A stretch of 52,328 bases of DNA from an uncultured Clostridia bacterium (GCA_947626235.1 CANQRI010000001.1:1-52328), one strand, 5' to 3'. Counted from the stretch's first letter, positions 17,521 through 26,838 are shown. Notes: generated by a model from the letters alone, not told the origin. Made by a program: numbers and translations.

Positions 17521-18424
17521 AATCTTTTTCTTCTTTTATTTTTGATTTAGATTTTCTTATTTTCTTAGCACTTACGCCTTCTATTAATCTATTTGTAACT
17601 ACATTTTTTATCAATATTTTCTTTAAAGCTTCCTCTTTTAAATCTGCTATTAAAGTTCCATCTTTTGCAACAGATATTTTTCCTGTTTCTTCAGACACAA
17701 CTATTGCTATTGCATCTGTTTCTTTTGAAATTCCAATAGCTGCTCTATGCCTTGTTCCTAATTCTTTTGCTATATCGTTTGTATTTGAAAGTGGCAAAAT
17801 ACATGCAGCAGATTGTATTTTATTTTCGCTTATTATAACAGCACCATCATGTAGTGGTGTATTAGGAACGAATATGTTTACTAAAAGTTGAGGTGATACT
17901 TCTGCATTTATTTCTACTCCTGTTTCTGCAATATCTTTAATTTTTATATCTCTTTCTATAACTATTAACCCACCAGTTTTAGTTTTGGCAAGTTCTTGTG
18001 CTGCTATTACTATTTTATATATGTCTTCTTTGGTTTTAGTTATTATATCTTTATCTATTCCAAAAAACCTAGTAAACTTATTAGTGCCTAATTGCTCCAA
18101 ACCTCTTCTTAATTCTGGTTGAAATATTACTATAATTGCAATGACTCCATACGTCATTACAGAAGTAAGTATAAAATTTAAGATATCTAGGCGAAGCCAA
18201 CCACTTAATACTGTGGCAATTATTAATAAAATAATTCCTTTCATTAATTGCCATACTCTAGAATTTTTTACTAACTTAATTAGCATATATACTAAAAATA
18301 TTACTATTGTTATATCTAATATTAATGATATTATTCTTAATGGATTTTGCATTAATTCATTAAAGTATGTTACTATGTTTAATTGCCAAAAGTTTGACAA
18401 TGCTTCTGAAAAACTATCTTTCAT
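17519..18424 (-). CDS. cdaA: Membrane-bound diadenylate cyclase
   Basis: Three N-terminal TM helices and a DAC domain with TPLHDGAVII and GTRHRAAIG. Confidence 0.9.
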   Translation of the reverse strand: MKDSFSEALSNFWQLNIVTYFNELMQNPLRIISLILDITIVIFLVYMLIKLVKNSRVWQLMKGIILLIIATVLSGWLRLDILNFILTSVMTYGVIAIIVIFQPELRRGLEQLGTNKFTRFFGIDKDIITKTKEDIYKIVIAAQELAKTKTGGLIVIERDIKIKDIAETGVEINAEVSPQLLVNIFVPNTPLHDGAVIISENKIQSAACILPLSNTNDIAKELGTRHRAAIGISKETDAIAIVVSEETGKISVAKDGTLIADLKEEALKKILIKNVVTNRLIEGVSAKKIRKSKSKIKEEKD

Positions 18425-18461
18425 TCTTATTTTATATTCCTTTCAAAGATATAATTTTTTC

Positions 18462-18611
18462 TTATTGTTGTACTAAATAAAATATTAATGTTCCTGCAAC
18501 ACTTACTACCATAAGTAAAGCTAGTACTGCTGCCATAACTTTTGTAAATACCTTTCCTGCATCTAATTTTTGATTTTTATTAACTTCTTTTTTATTATTT
18601 GTTTTTGCCAT
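18462..18611 (-). CDS. Small (49 aa) single-TM protein, not in the ORF track
   Basis: AAGGAGGG SD lies 7 nt upstream of the ATG. The product is MAKTNNKKEVNKNQKLDAGKVFTKVMAAVLALLMVVSVAGTLIFYLVQQ*. Confidence 0.45.
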   Translation of the reverse strand: MAKTNNKKEVNKNQKLDAGKVFTKVMAAVLALLMVVSVAGTLIFYLVQQ

Positions 18612-18779
18612 TATTATACCCTCCTTTGTATCTCACTATATCTGGTTATAACATAAATTTATAGTTTTTTCAATATTTTTCATGTAATTTTTACATTTAA
18701 TATTTTCCTTTTATAACATTTATTATAAATGCATATAAAAAATACATATTAGCTTTAATTACTAATATGTATTTCTATT

Positions 18780-18854
18780 TGGTGACCCCTACGGGAATCG
18801 AACCCATGATTCAGCCTTGAGAGGGCTGCGTCTTAACCGCTTGACCAAGGGGCC
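18780..18854 (-). tRNA. tRNA-Glu (anticodon CUC)
   Basis: Reverse complement: GGCCCCTTGGTCAAGCGGTTAAGACGCAGCCCTCTCAAGGCTGAATCATGGGTTCGATTCCCGTAGGGGTCACCA. It folds as a cloverleaf with a 7-bp acceptor stem, the CAGCC/GGCTG anticodon stem, the loop CT-CTC-AA, a TTCGATT T-loop and an encoded CCA. Confidence 0.9.
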
Positions 18855-18978
18855 AAATATTTTTTACTGCTTATTTATAATAGCATTTTTTTTCGCTCCT
18901 GTCAATCAATTTCCTGTATATTTATCTTATAATTTGCTCCATGCTTATTGATCATTCTATAATATTATTATAATCTTT

Positions 18979-19371
18979 TTAGTTAAGCTCTAAAATTTCC
19001 TTTAGCCTTTTATCTTGCTTTGTTAAATACAAATATCCTATTAGCCCCTCAAATGCAGTAGAATACATGTAATCTTCATTAGTTGCATTTTTAGGCAAAT
19101 GATGATTTTCTGCATTTCTAGATCTTCTTACAATTTCTTGTTCTTCTTCTGTTAATTTATCATAAATCTTCTTAAGAGTTTCTGCCTGTGCAGAAGCTTT
19201 TACATATTTAATAGATTCTATATGTAATTTATGTGGATTTAATTTAGTTGCATTTACTAATTTAGTCCTTATATATAATTCATATACACTATCACCAATA
19301 TATGCCCATACTAAAGGTTGCATCAAATTTACTTCTTCTACGCTCTTTTTTCTTTCTATTAATTCTTCCAT
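18979..19371 (-). CDS. mrnC: Mini-ribonuclease III
   Basis: WAYIGDSVYELYIR and FEGLIGYLYL motifs; 130 aa. Confidence 0.85.
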   Translation of the reverse strand: MEELIERKKSVEEVNLMQPLVWAYIGDSVYELYIRTKLVNATKLNPHKLHIESIKYVKASAQAETLKKIYDKLTEEEQEIVRRSRNAENHHLPKNATNEDYMYSTAFEGLIGYLYLTKQDKRLKEILELN

Positions 19372-19381
19372 ATTTACACCC

Positions 19382-20293
19382 CTATGCCTTTTCTATTGTA
19401 ATCTTTCCTAACTTTCCACTTCTAAAGTCATCTAATAATATATTTGAAACTTTTTCTTCGTCTACATTTCCACCAGAAATAATTGCTCCTCTCTTTTTAC
19501 CTATTAAATTCATTATTTCTAATATATTCTCATTTTCCATATTATCAGTATTACTTAATATAATATCTACCATATTTTCGTCTAATTTATATCTTTCTAT
19601 TAAATTACTTTTATAATTTTCTAATAAATATTTTAATAATCTATATGCTATTTCCACTTTTTCCAATACGTCATCTTTTATTGTACCTGTAAATGCTAAA
19701 TTTAATGCAACTTGTTCATTTTCGAATTTAGGCCACAATACTCCCGGAGTATCTAATAATTCTATATTATTATTTACTTTTATCCATTGTTTTTGTTTCG
19801 TTACTCCTGGTTTATTTCCTACTTGCGCAGATACTTTATTGGTCATTCTATTTATAAAAGATGACTTTCCTACATTTGGTATTCCTATTACCATTATTCG
19901 TATAGATTTTCCTACTCTACCCTTATTTTCTAATTTTTCTCTATCTTCATTCGCAATTCTTTCTATAGTTTTTAGAACTTCTTTTATTCCTCTTCCAGTA
20001 TTAGAGTCTGTGAGTACTGCTGGTATTTTTTTTGAATTATAGTAGCTAACCCATTTTTCATTTTGCTTTTCATCTGCTAAATCACTTTTGTTTAATATAA
20101 TTATTTTTTTCTTATCTTTTATGTATTCAGCTAAATCTGAATTTGTACTTGACATAGGTATTCTGGCATCTATTATTTGAGCCACTATATCTATTAGCTT
20201 TAAATCTTCTATTATCTGTTTTTTGGTTTTAGCCATATGACCTGGATACCAGTTTAAGTTGACTTTTGAAGAAATTTTATCATTACTATTCAT
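19382..20293 (-). CDS. rbgA: Ribosome biogenesis GTPase A (YlqF)
   Basis: NWYPGHMAKTKKQI. The GTPase motifs are circularly permuted, with NKSDL ahead of GIPNVGKSS and DTPG. Confidence 0.9.
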   Translation of the reverse strand: MNSNDKISSKVNLNWYPGHMAKTKKQIIEDLKLIDIVAQIIDARIPMSSTNSDLAEYIKDKKKIIILNKSDLADEKQNEKWVSYYNSKKIPAVLTDSNTGRGIKEVLKTIERIANEDREKLENKGRVGKSIRIMVIGIPNVGKSSFINRMTNKVSAQVGNKPGVTKQKQWIKVNNNIELLDTPGVLWPKFENEQVALNLAFTGTIKDDVLEKVEIAYRLLKYLLENYKSNLIERYKLDENMVDIILSNTDNMENENILEIMNLIGKKRGAIISGGNVDEEKVSNILLDDFRSGKLGKITIEKA

Positions 20294-20319
20294 TTATATC
20301 ACTTCCTATTTTTTAGTTG

Positions 20320-21519
20320 TTATTCTTTAATTCTAGCTACATAACTTTCAACAGTTAAATCTATTTTATTTTTAAATTCATCGTAATCTAAAATAAATAC
20401 TTTAGGATTACTACTCTTCACATTATAAACTCTATATATATAATATTGTTTCTTTATAGATTCCATAGTTTTTAATTCATTTGCACTTATATAAAAATCA
20501 TTAATATCATTTTCTTCAGTAGATTTTACCTCAATATATTTTTCATGTACATTATTAAATTCGTCAATATCGAATGAAATAATGTCATATCCTGTAGTAT
20601 CATCTTCTTTTGACATCCATTTAATCTTTTGAGCTAAATCTTCTCTTCCTAATTTTGTTAGTCTTTCCATTTCATAATCAATAACTAATTCTTCTCCTAA
20701 CAATCCATTCTTAGTATTTGATTGAACCTTTTTTAAATAATCTATCTTTTGTATAGTTTTCTTTGTTATATTAGTATATTTATTTTTCTTTTTATATTTA
20801 GGAATATCTACCTTTTCAAGAAATACTTCACTTCTTTCGTCAGTACTATCATTTTCTTTTAAGGTTTCTTTTATCATTTTATCAGCTTCTTGAGCTATAG
20901 TATATGATGATTTAATATGCCCTACTACATTATCTACAATATCCATATAAGTGTTTTCAACCATATTTTCACATATCTCATCATATACATCTTTGAAATT
21001 TAATAGATCATCAATAAGTTCTTCTTCTGAATATTTTCGTTTTTCATAATATTTAGAAATAATTGTTCCTGCTTCATAACCTTTAGCTAAACTTTTTGTT
21101 CCTTTTAAATCTATGTAACCTGTGTTAAATTTATTATCATCAATTAAATTTCTAAAGTATTCTGCAACCTTTTTAATGTTATTATATTTTTCTTTTCCAT
21201 ATAATTCCTCAAAGGTAGTAATCCCTTGCCCAAGAACTAAATAAAATCCAGACATATCACTTTTAAATAAATAGCAAATATAAATTCCTTTTGTAGCAGA
21301 TACTGTTATATTTTTATTAAATATACATAGCCATGGTATTTCACTTTTTTGTCCTGCTCCTACAGATGCCTTTATTAAATATTTTTCTTTATCAAAATAC
21401 TTATATAAATATTTTGGCAATTTTTTTACAAATTCTAAATAATAGTTTTTATTTGAATCTACTAACACTGAATTATCTTTTAAATATTCATTTAATAATA
21501 TGTCAAATTTTTCTTTCAT
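20320..21519 (-). CDS. McrB-N-like (DUF3578/MrcB_N) + DUF3883 nuclease-like fusion protein
   Basis: N-terminus: YLIKASVGAGQKSEIPWLCIFNKNITVSATKGIYICYLFKSDMSGFYLVLGQG. C-terminus: GEELVIDYEMERL...GYDIISFD...KYIEVKST...FYISANEL...YYIYRVYN, a PD-(D/E)xK-like DUF3883 pattern as I recall it. Confidence 0.65.
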   Translation of the reverse strand: MKEKFDILLNEYLKDNSVLVDSNKNYYLEFVKKLPKYLYKYFDKEKYLIKASVGAGQKSEIPWLCIFNKNITVSATKGIYICYLFKSDMSGFYLVLGQGITTFEELYGKEKYNNIKKVAEYFRNLIDDNKFNTGYIDLKGTKSLAKGYEAGTIISKYYEKRKYSEEELIDDLLNFKDVYDEICENMVENTYMDIVDNVVGHIKSSYTIAQEADKMIKETLKENDSTDERSEVFLEKVDIPKYKKKNKYTNITKKTIQKIDYLKKVQSNTKNGLLGEELVIDYEMERLTKLGREDLAQKIKWMSKEDDTTGYDIISFDIDEFNNVHEKYIEVKSTEENDINDFYISANELKTMESIKKQYYIYRVYNVKSSNPKVFILDYDEFKNKIDLTVESYVARIKE

Positions 21520-21765
21520 AATTTTAACTCCTTTACAAATTTTTCCAAAGGTATATCTCCTAACATAAATTATAATTCAAAATTTCATTTTTTGAGACAA
21601 ATCTATATTCACAATACTTCACAATTTTTATTCTCTATACTATTTCTTACAATAATAAATCTAGAATGATTATATCAAACTAGACTTTTTTACACAATAT
21701 TTTAATTTATTATCTAAAAAGGAAATTATTTAATAAATTTCTTCTATAATTAGTCTTTTTATTAT

Positions 21766-22740
21766 TTAAGCTTCGTTTTCTTCACTAATAAGTATAACTT
21801 CGTTAAGTTTTCCATCTTTAAATAATTTATTTATGTTATTAATTATTTTTCCTGAAATTTTAATGTTATCCTTATTTATCATTTCTTTTACAACTGAACG
21901 AGCAGCATTCTTTAATATTTTTTCTATACTTTCACTCGACGTATCGTATTTAGAATATTCTTCATCGCTTAAATCTGATAAACTACAATATAATGAATAT
22001 TTTTTATCTGTATCGCTATATGTATAATAATAATATGAAGAAACAATTCCTCCAAAACTGTTAGTTCCACTGACATTCATAACAATTTTTTTATTATCAT
22101 GATCAAACCAAGCACTTGTTAATCCAAAAGACATTGGATTTTTTAATCCTTCAGATATTTCGTTAGATAATACAGCTAAAATATTTTCAGTTAATACATC
22201 ATTCTTTTTGCTACCATCTGCTTTTTCATATGCTTCAAAATATTTTCCCTCTACCAGTAAATCATCTACTGATACATTCAATTTTTCTATACCTTTTATA
22301 GCAAAATTAATTATACATATTAGAACAACAATTGCAATAAGTATTAATATTAATACTTTTAAATTTATCTTTCTAATTTTTGTTCTACAACCTTTTTTCA
22401 AAGAATCTACTATATTGTCAACTTTTATATCATTTTTTTCACCACATTTTGGACAAAATTTTTGGTTTATTTTTAACTCTTCACCACATTTTTTGCATAT
22501 AATTTTTTTATATTCTCCTCTTTTCATTCCGCATTTTGGGCAAAATTCCTGTCCTTCTTCCAATTTAGCACCACAATTTAAACATGCTGTTATTTCATTT
22601 GTATCTTTTTCTCCTTTATTTTTTTCATCAATTTTTACATCATCTTCATTTTGTTCTTCTTCATTTTGTATTTCTTCATCTTGTACTTCTTCCTCTTGTT
22701 CCTTTTCTTCATTTACTAATGTATCCTTTTCTTCTTCCAT
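21766..22740 (-). CDS. Double zinc-ribbon membrane protein
   Basis: An acidic N-terminus is followed by CLNCGAKLEEGQEFCPKCG and CKKCGEELKINQKFCPKCG. One TM helix (VLILILIAIVVLICIINF) and a roughly 180-aa extracytoplasmic domain follow. Confidence 0.6.
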   Translation of the reverse strand: MEEEKDTLVNEEKEQEEEVQDEEIQNEEEQNEDDVKIDEKNKGEKDTNEITACLNCGAKLEEGQEFCPKCGMKRGEYKKIICKKCGEELKINQKFCPKCGEKNDIKVDNIVDSLKKGCRTKIRKINLKVLILILIAIVVLICIINFAIKGIEKLNVSVDDLLVEGKYFEAYEKADGSKKNDVLTENILAVLSNEISEGLKNPMSFGLTSAWFDHDNKKIVMNVSGTNSFGGIVSSYYYYTYSDTDKKYSLYCSLSDLSDEEYSKYDTSSESIEKILKNAARSVVKEMINKDNIKISGKIINNINKLFKDGKLNEVILISEENEA

Positions 22741-22871
22741 ACATCATTTTCCTTTCATTTTCCATTATATCACAATCTAAATAAAATACTTATATAATTT
22801 TCAAAAAAATGTTTATTTCTAAAAAGCTTAACTTAGCTTTCTCTTAAATTCTGATTTTAAAAAAACTTTAC

Positions 22872-23687
22872 TTAATCATTTGAAGTGCTACTATTTTGCT
22901 GAACATTAGCTACTATTTGCAAAACTCTATAAATTAGTTCTAACAATGCAATAATCATATCATTAATATACTGAATATTATATAATTTAAATAGCTCTTT
23001 TATCATCACCAATTCATCATCTGTAGCCATATTGCTGTTTTTTAATACTTCATATGCTTTATTCTGTGCTTTTTTTTCAGTTTTAAGTACTTTTATTGAC
23101 AATATAAATGAAATTATGTATATTAACAATCCTAACACCGTAAACGCTAAAGTAAATACTACAGACTGACTTTGTATAATTAATACATCAATAAGTATAC
23201 CAATAATAACTAATGGAATAAATGCTATTGGTCCAAAATAAATAATCGGCGTTAATCTAACTCTAATTCTCATATCTGGATCATCTTCTTTATCCAATAT
23301 AGCTAAACATGATTTTTGAGAAGCCATTGCTAATGATGTTACCGAACTTTTCTTCCATGTCAACCTTCTTAATCTAATTTTCTTAAAATAATGACTATAA
23401 CTATTACCAAAAAGGAATGAACCACTTGTTTTTACTTTAATATGTTGTAATCCATTATCATCCAAAATTTTTCTTGCAATATCGCATCCTGTCATTTTTA
23501 AACTATTTTCTTTTTTATTATATTTATGATATTTAATTGCCAAAACTATTTGCACTCCTAAAGCAAAAACAGAAACTATTAATATTAAAATTAAAACAAT
23601 CCCCATTAACAATATTATTCCATCTGACACATTATTTAAGCTATATCCTACTACATTTTCTCCTATCATTCTAAATGTTTCTACCAT
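22872..23687 (-). CDS. YugP-like (Zn_peptidase_2) membrane protein lacking HExxH
   Basis: MTGCDIARKILDDNGL...VTSLAMASQKSCLAIL aligns by eye to the YugP family. QKSCL sits where that family has HEVGH. Confidence 0.5.
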   Translation of the reverse strand: MVETFRMIGENVVGYSLNNVSDGIILLMGIVLILILIVSVFALGVQIVLAIKYHKYNKKENSLKMTGCDIARKILDDNGLQHIKVKTSGSFLFGNSYSHYFKKIRLRRLTWKKSSVTSLAMASQKSCLAILDKEDDPDMRIRVRLTPIIYFGPIAFIPLVIIGILIDVLIIQSQSVVFTLAFTVLGLLIYIISFILSIKVLKTEKKAQNKAYEVLKNSNMATDDELVMIKELFKLYNIQYINDMIIALLELIYRVLQIVANVQQNSSTSND

Positions 23688-23708
23688 CTTTCATTCTCCT
23701 CTCTTTTT

Positions 23709-23935
23709 AAACTATTAGGGACGGGGTTAAATAGTTTAGCAAAAAATATCTATACTATTTTCAAAACAATAATATTATATTTTTCGAAGTGATTCGTGGG
23801 GACCTTTTTAGAAAATGTTATGAGCGATAAGCGAATTACATTTTCTTAAATGGGGCAACGAAGAAAAATATAATATTATTGTTTTGAAATATAAAATAAA
23901 TTTGCTAAACTATTTAACCCCGTCCCTAATAGTTT
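23709..23935. repeat. Family-1 long imperfect palindrome, copy C
   Basis: The termini AAACTATTAGGGACGGGGTTAAATAGTTTAGC and GCTAAACTATTTAACCCCGTCCCTAATAGTTT are inverted repeats, and the internal arms are complementary. It overlaps the stop codon of the 23934-24410 gene by 2 nt. Confidence 0.8.
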
Positions 23936-24410
23936 ACAATGTTCTGTAATTATTTTTATCTGCTCTTTCGTCCAATTGTCTATCATACTCTTCATTTTTA
24001 TAAAACCAGTCAGTTTTTTTATCTTTTGGATTTGCTTTTCTACCTTTATCTAGCAATATATCAAACAATGCAAATAGTGGTAAAGCAACACCTATTAAAG
24101 AAAAAAACATTGATGTGTAATCTGCGAGTGGTATAGTTTCACCATTTATCATCATCATTACTTTAGCAAATAAATCTTGCCCAAAATAATAACCATACAT
24201 TAATAAATAAAGTATTGCACCAATTAATTTTCTTCTAAATATAAATGGCACACATACTAAAGTTACGAATAATAATATTATTTCTACATTTACATCTATT
24301 GATTGAACCATAAAGTTTGAACCTATAGATGTCATTATTGTTACTACTACTCTAAATGCCCAAAAAGCTATCATAAAAATTACTACTAGCCAACTACTTA
24401 AATTTTTCAT
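23934..24410 (-). CDS. Hypothetical 4-TM membrane protein
   Basis: The ORF has four hydrophobic segments and a charged C-tail. I recognise no motif. Confidence 0.5.
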   Translation of the reverse strand: MKNLSSWLVVIFMIAFWAFRVVVTIMTSIGSNFMVQSIDVNVEIILLFVTLVCVPFIFRRKLIGAILYLLMYGYYFGQDLFAKVMMMINGETIPLADYTSMFFSLIGVALPLFALFDILLDKGRKANPKDKKTDWFYKNEEYDRQLDERADKNNYRTL

Positions 24411-24520
24411 TTGATTTGTCCTCCAATTACCCTTTTATATACTATATAATTATCTTTTTTACATATTATTACTATTTTTATATATTATTTAGAGGTCAGA
24501 AAAATCCGACCTCTTAATTT

Positions 24521-24841
24521 TTATTCTTCATCTATAAAATTAAATTCATCTTTAAATTTTTCCTTGAATATTTCAAATACTTTATTTAAAACATTTTCGT
24601 CATCTACACTTACATATGACTCTTCTTCTTCGTTTTCTGTATCTTCTACTTTTAATATTACTACTTCTCCTGCATCCTCTGATTCTTCTTCTTCAACTGG
24701 TAATAATATTACGTATTCTTCTCCATCTAGTTCTATTAAATCAAGAAATTCAAAAGAAACTTCCTCCCCATTTTCATCATTTAACACTATTATATTGTCC
24801 AACTCCTCATCTGGAACATTTAAATTTTCATCTTCATTCAT
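24521..24841 (-). CDS. DUF1292 family acidic protein
   Basis: IVLNDENGEEVSFEFLDLIELDGEEYVILLP...VVILKVE pattern, in the conserved position after ruvX. Confidence 0.8.
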   Translation of the reverse strand: MNEDENLNVPDEELDNIIVLNDENGEEVSFEFLDLIELDGEEYVILLPVEEEESEDAGEVVILKVEDTENEEEESYVSVDDENVLNKVFEIFKEKFKDEFNFIDEE

Positions 24842-24935
24842 TATTTTATTCTCCTTTCAAATATATATATAAAATTGCATTTCTACAATTTAATATCATT
24901 TTTATTATTATTTACTTTTTTGTATATGATATACT

Positions 24936-25358
24936 TTATTTATTTTTCATTTTATTTACATAAGTTTCTAATATATAAACTGCTGATATTGTGTCTACTA
25001 TATCGCGTTTTTTCCTTTTATTTACATCAAGAAAATTCATAGTTTTATGGGCTGCTACTGTTGTTAACCTTTCATCTATTTCTTCTATTTTTACAGTATT
25101 AAATTTGCATTTAAGTTTATGAATAAATTCTTGCGTTATTTGTGCTCTTTCTGACTTTGTTCCATCCATATTTATTGGCATTCCAACAACTATTGTATCT
25201 ATTTCATACATTTCTAGAATTTCTTCTAGTCTATGTAAAAGTACTTTATCATTATTTTGATGATGTATAGTTTCCAGACCTTGCACAGTTATGCCTAATG
25301 CATCAGTTATAGCAATTCCTACTCTTGCTTCACCATAATCTATACCTAATTTTCTCAT
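24936..25358 (-). CDS. ruvX: Holliday junction resolvase-like / pre-16S rRNA nuclease (YqgF)
   Basis: LGIDYGEARVGIAITD and VVGMPINMDGT motifs; 140 aa. Confidence 0.9.
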   Translation of the reverse strand: MRKLGIDYGEARVGIAITDALGITVQGLETIHHQNNDKVLLHRLEEILEMYEIDTIVVGMPINMDGTKSERAQITQEFIHKLKCKFNTVKIEEIDERLTTVAAHKTMNFLDVNKRKKRDIVDTISAVYILETYVNKMKNK

Positions 25359-25442
25359 CTTTGCCTCTTTTTTATTTTATACTTATTTAATTTTAACTTA
25401 ATAACTTTCAGTTTTATAATTTTATGTTTCTCAATTTTACAA

Positions 25443-25694
25443 TTAATTAATTTCTATATAGTTTTTAACCATTTTTTCTAATAGTTCATCTCTTTCTATT
25501 TGTCTTATTAAATTTCTTGCATCATTATGACTTGTTATATATGTTGGATCTCCTGATAAAATATATCCAACTATTTGATTTATTGGATTATATCCTTTTT
25601 CAGCTAATGCCTCATATACTTTTTTTAATATTTCCTTACTTTTATTGCTATCATCTTTTCCTACTTTAAAGCACATCGTTTCATCTATTGACAT
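25443..25694 (-). CDS. ireB: IreB family regulatory phosphoprotein (UPF0297)
   Basis: 83 aa with [37 protein letters not shown], in the conserved ireB-ruvX-DUF1292 order. Confidence 0.85.
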   Translation of the reverse strand: MSIDETMCFKVGKDDSNKSKEILKKVYEALAEKGYNPINQIVGYILSGDPTYITSHNDARNLIRQIERDELLEKMVKNYIEIN

Positions 25695-25706
25695 AGCTTA
25701 CCTCCC

Positions 25707-26804
25707 TTAAATATAATTTATTGCATTTTCTTCTGTTCTACTATCCAAAAATTCTTCTAATTTTTTAGTTACTCCTTCTATTTGCGTTCCTTTATAATAT
25801 TTAGTAACTACTACATTTATTTTAGGTTTTGCAGTTAAGTTTTCTTCATCATCTTCATATAAATCTCTTTCATCAGCTGGTACTTCCATTGATTCTATTT
25901 TTTGTTTTATATCATTCATAAAGTCTGCTACACCATTTACTTCTACACCAGAAAATGCTATTACAAATTTTGGTCCCATGTATCTTACAAATATATACTC
26001 ATCTGCAATATTATTTTTTATTAAATCACTTATTTGTGTAATTACTGCATTTCCTGTATGCCTACCTATGTTTTCATTTATATCTGCTATGTTTACAATT
26101 TTAAACATGCATATTGCAGATGTTGCATATACATCTATCAATCTTTTTCCCTCTGAATATAAATATTCTGCTGATTTCAAACCTGTAAATTCATCTGTTC
26201 TTACTATATTTTCTACTACGCCTTGTTTTTCTATAGACCTTAACGCAGATATTATATTATTCTTTACAACTTCCAATATTGTAGTATCTACATTATCAAA
26301 ATCATGAGGAATTCCACTTTCTATAATCCAATAACCAATGTATATGTTATCTATATATAAAGGAAAAAACATTGCTGATTTAGCTCTTCCAAATTCTAAT
26401 TTTTGGTATGGTAATCTTTCGCCTTCTCTATCTACTGTTATATACTTTGGCGTAGCTGTTTGTATACTGTCTTTAAATATTTCTTCTTTATGAAGATTTC
26501 TTAATGTATCCCAATGTTTTTGGTCTACATTTGTTGCCTTTATTGTATATTCTGTACCAGTATATACCACTATAGTAGAATATTTTATATCATATTTTTC
26601 TATTAGAATTTCATTTATTCTTTTTATTTTTTCATCTGCTGACTTTTCTTCACCTATTGTATCCATAAACTCTTGTAGCACATTTAAACTTGTTATTCTC
26701 TGGTTCACGTTTTTATATACATCTATTTTTTTATAAACAGACATATTATATACCATCAAAAAGCCAATTATTACTACTAATAGTATTATTACCGCTATTA
26801 TCAA
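25707..26804 (-). CDS. Membrane-anchored sensor-like protein with a degenerate GGDEF domain
   Basis: N-terminal TM and a GAF/PAS-like middle region. The C-terminus reads DEFTGLKSAEYL...FKIVNIADINENIGRHTGNAVI...FVRYMGPKFVIAF, so MGPKF replaces GGDEF. Confidence 0.6.
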   Translation of the reverse strand: MIIAVIILLVVIIGFLMVYNMSVYKKIDVYKNVNQRITSLNVLQEFMDTIGEEKSADEKIKRINEILIEKYDIKYSTIVVYTGTEYTIKATNVDQKHWDTLRNLHKEEIFKDSIQTATPKYITVDREGERLPYQKLEFGRAKSAMFFPLYIDNIYIGYWIIESGIPHDFDNVDTTILEVVKNNIISALRSIEKQGVVENIVRTDEFTGLKSAEYLYSEGKRLIDVYATSAICMFKIVNIADINENIGRHTGNAVITQISDLIKNNIADEYIFVRYMGPKFVIAFSGVEVNGVADFMNDIKQKIESMEVPADERDLYEDDEENLTAKPKINVVVTKYYKGTQIEGVTKKLEEFLDSRTEENAINYI

Positions 26805-26838
26805 GATGTTTCCTTCCTTTCTTTTAGATTTATTACTT

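Noticed and set aside
24491-24514. Hairpin AGAGGTCAG-AAAAAT-CCGACCTCT after the DUF1292 gene as a terminator
   Set aside because: The stem is short and has a mismatch, and no U-tract follows on the transcribed (minus) strand. It is too weak to list as a feature.
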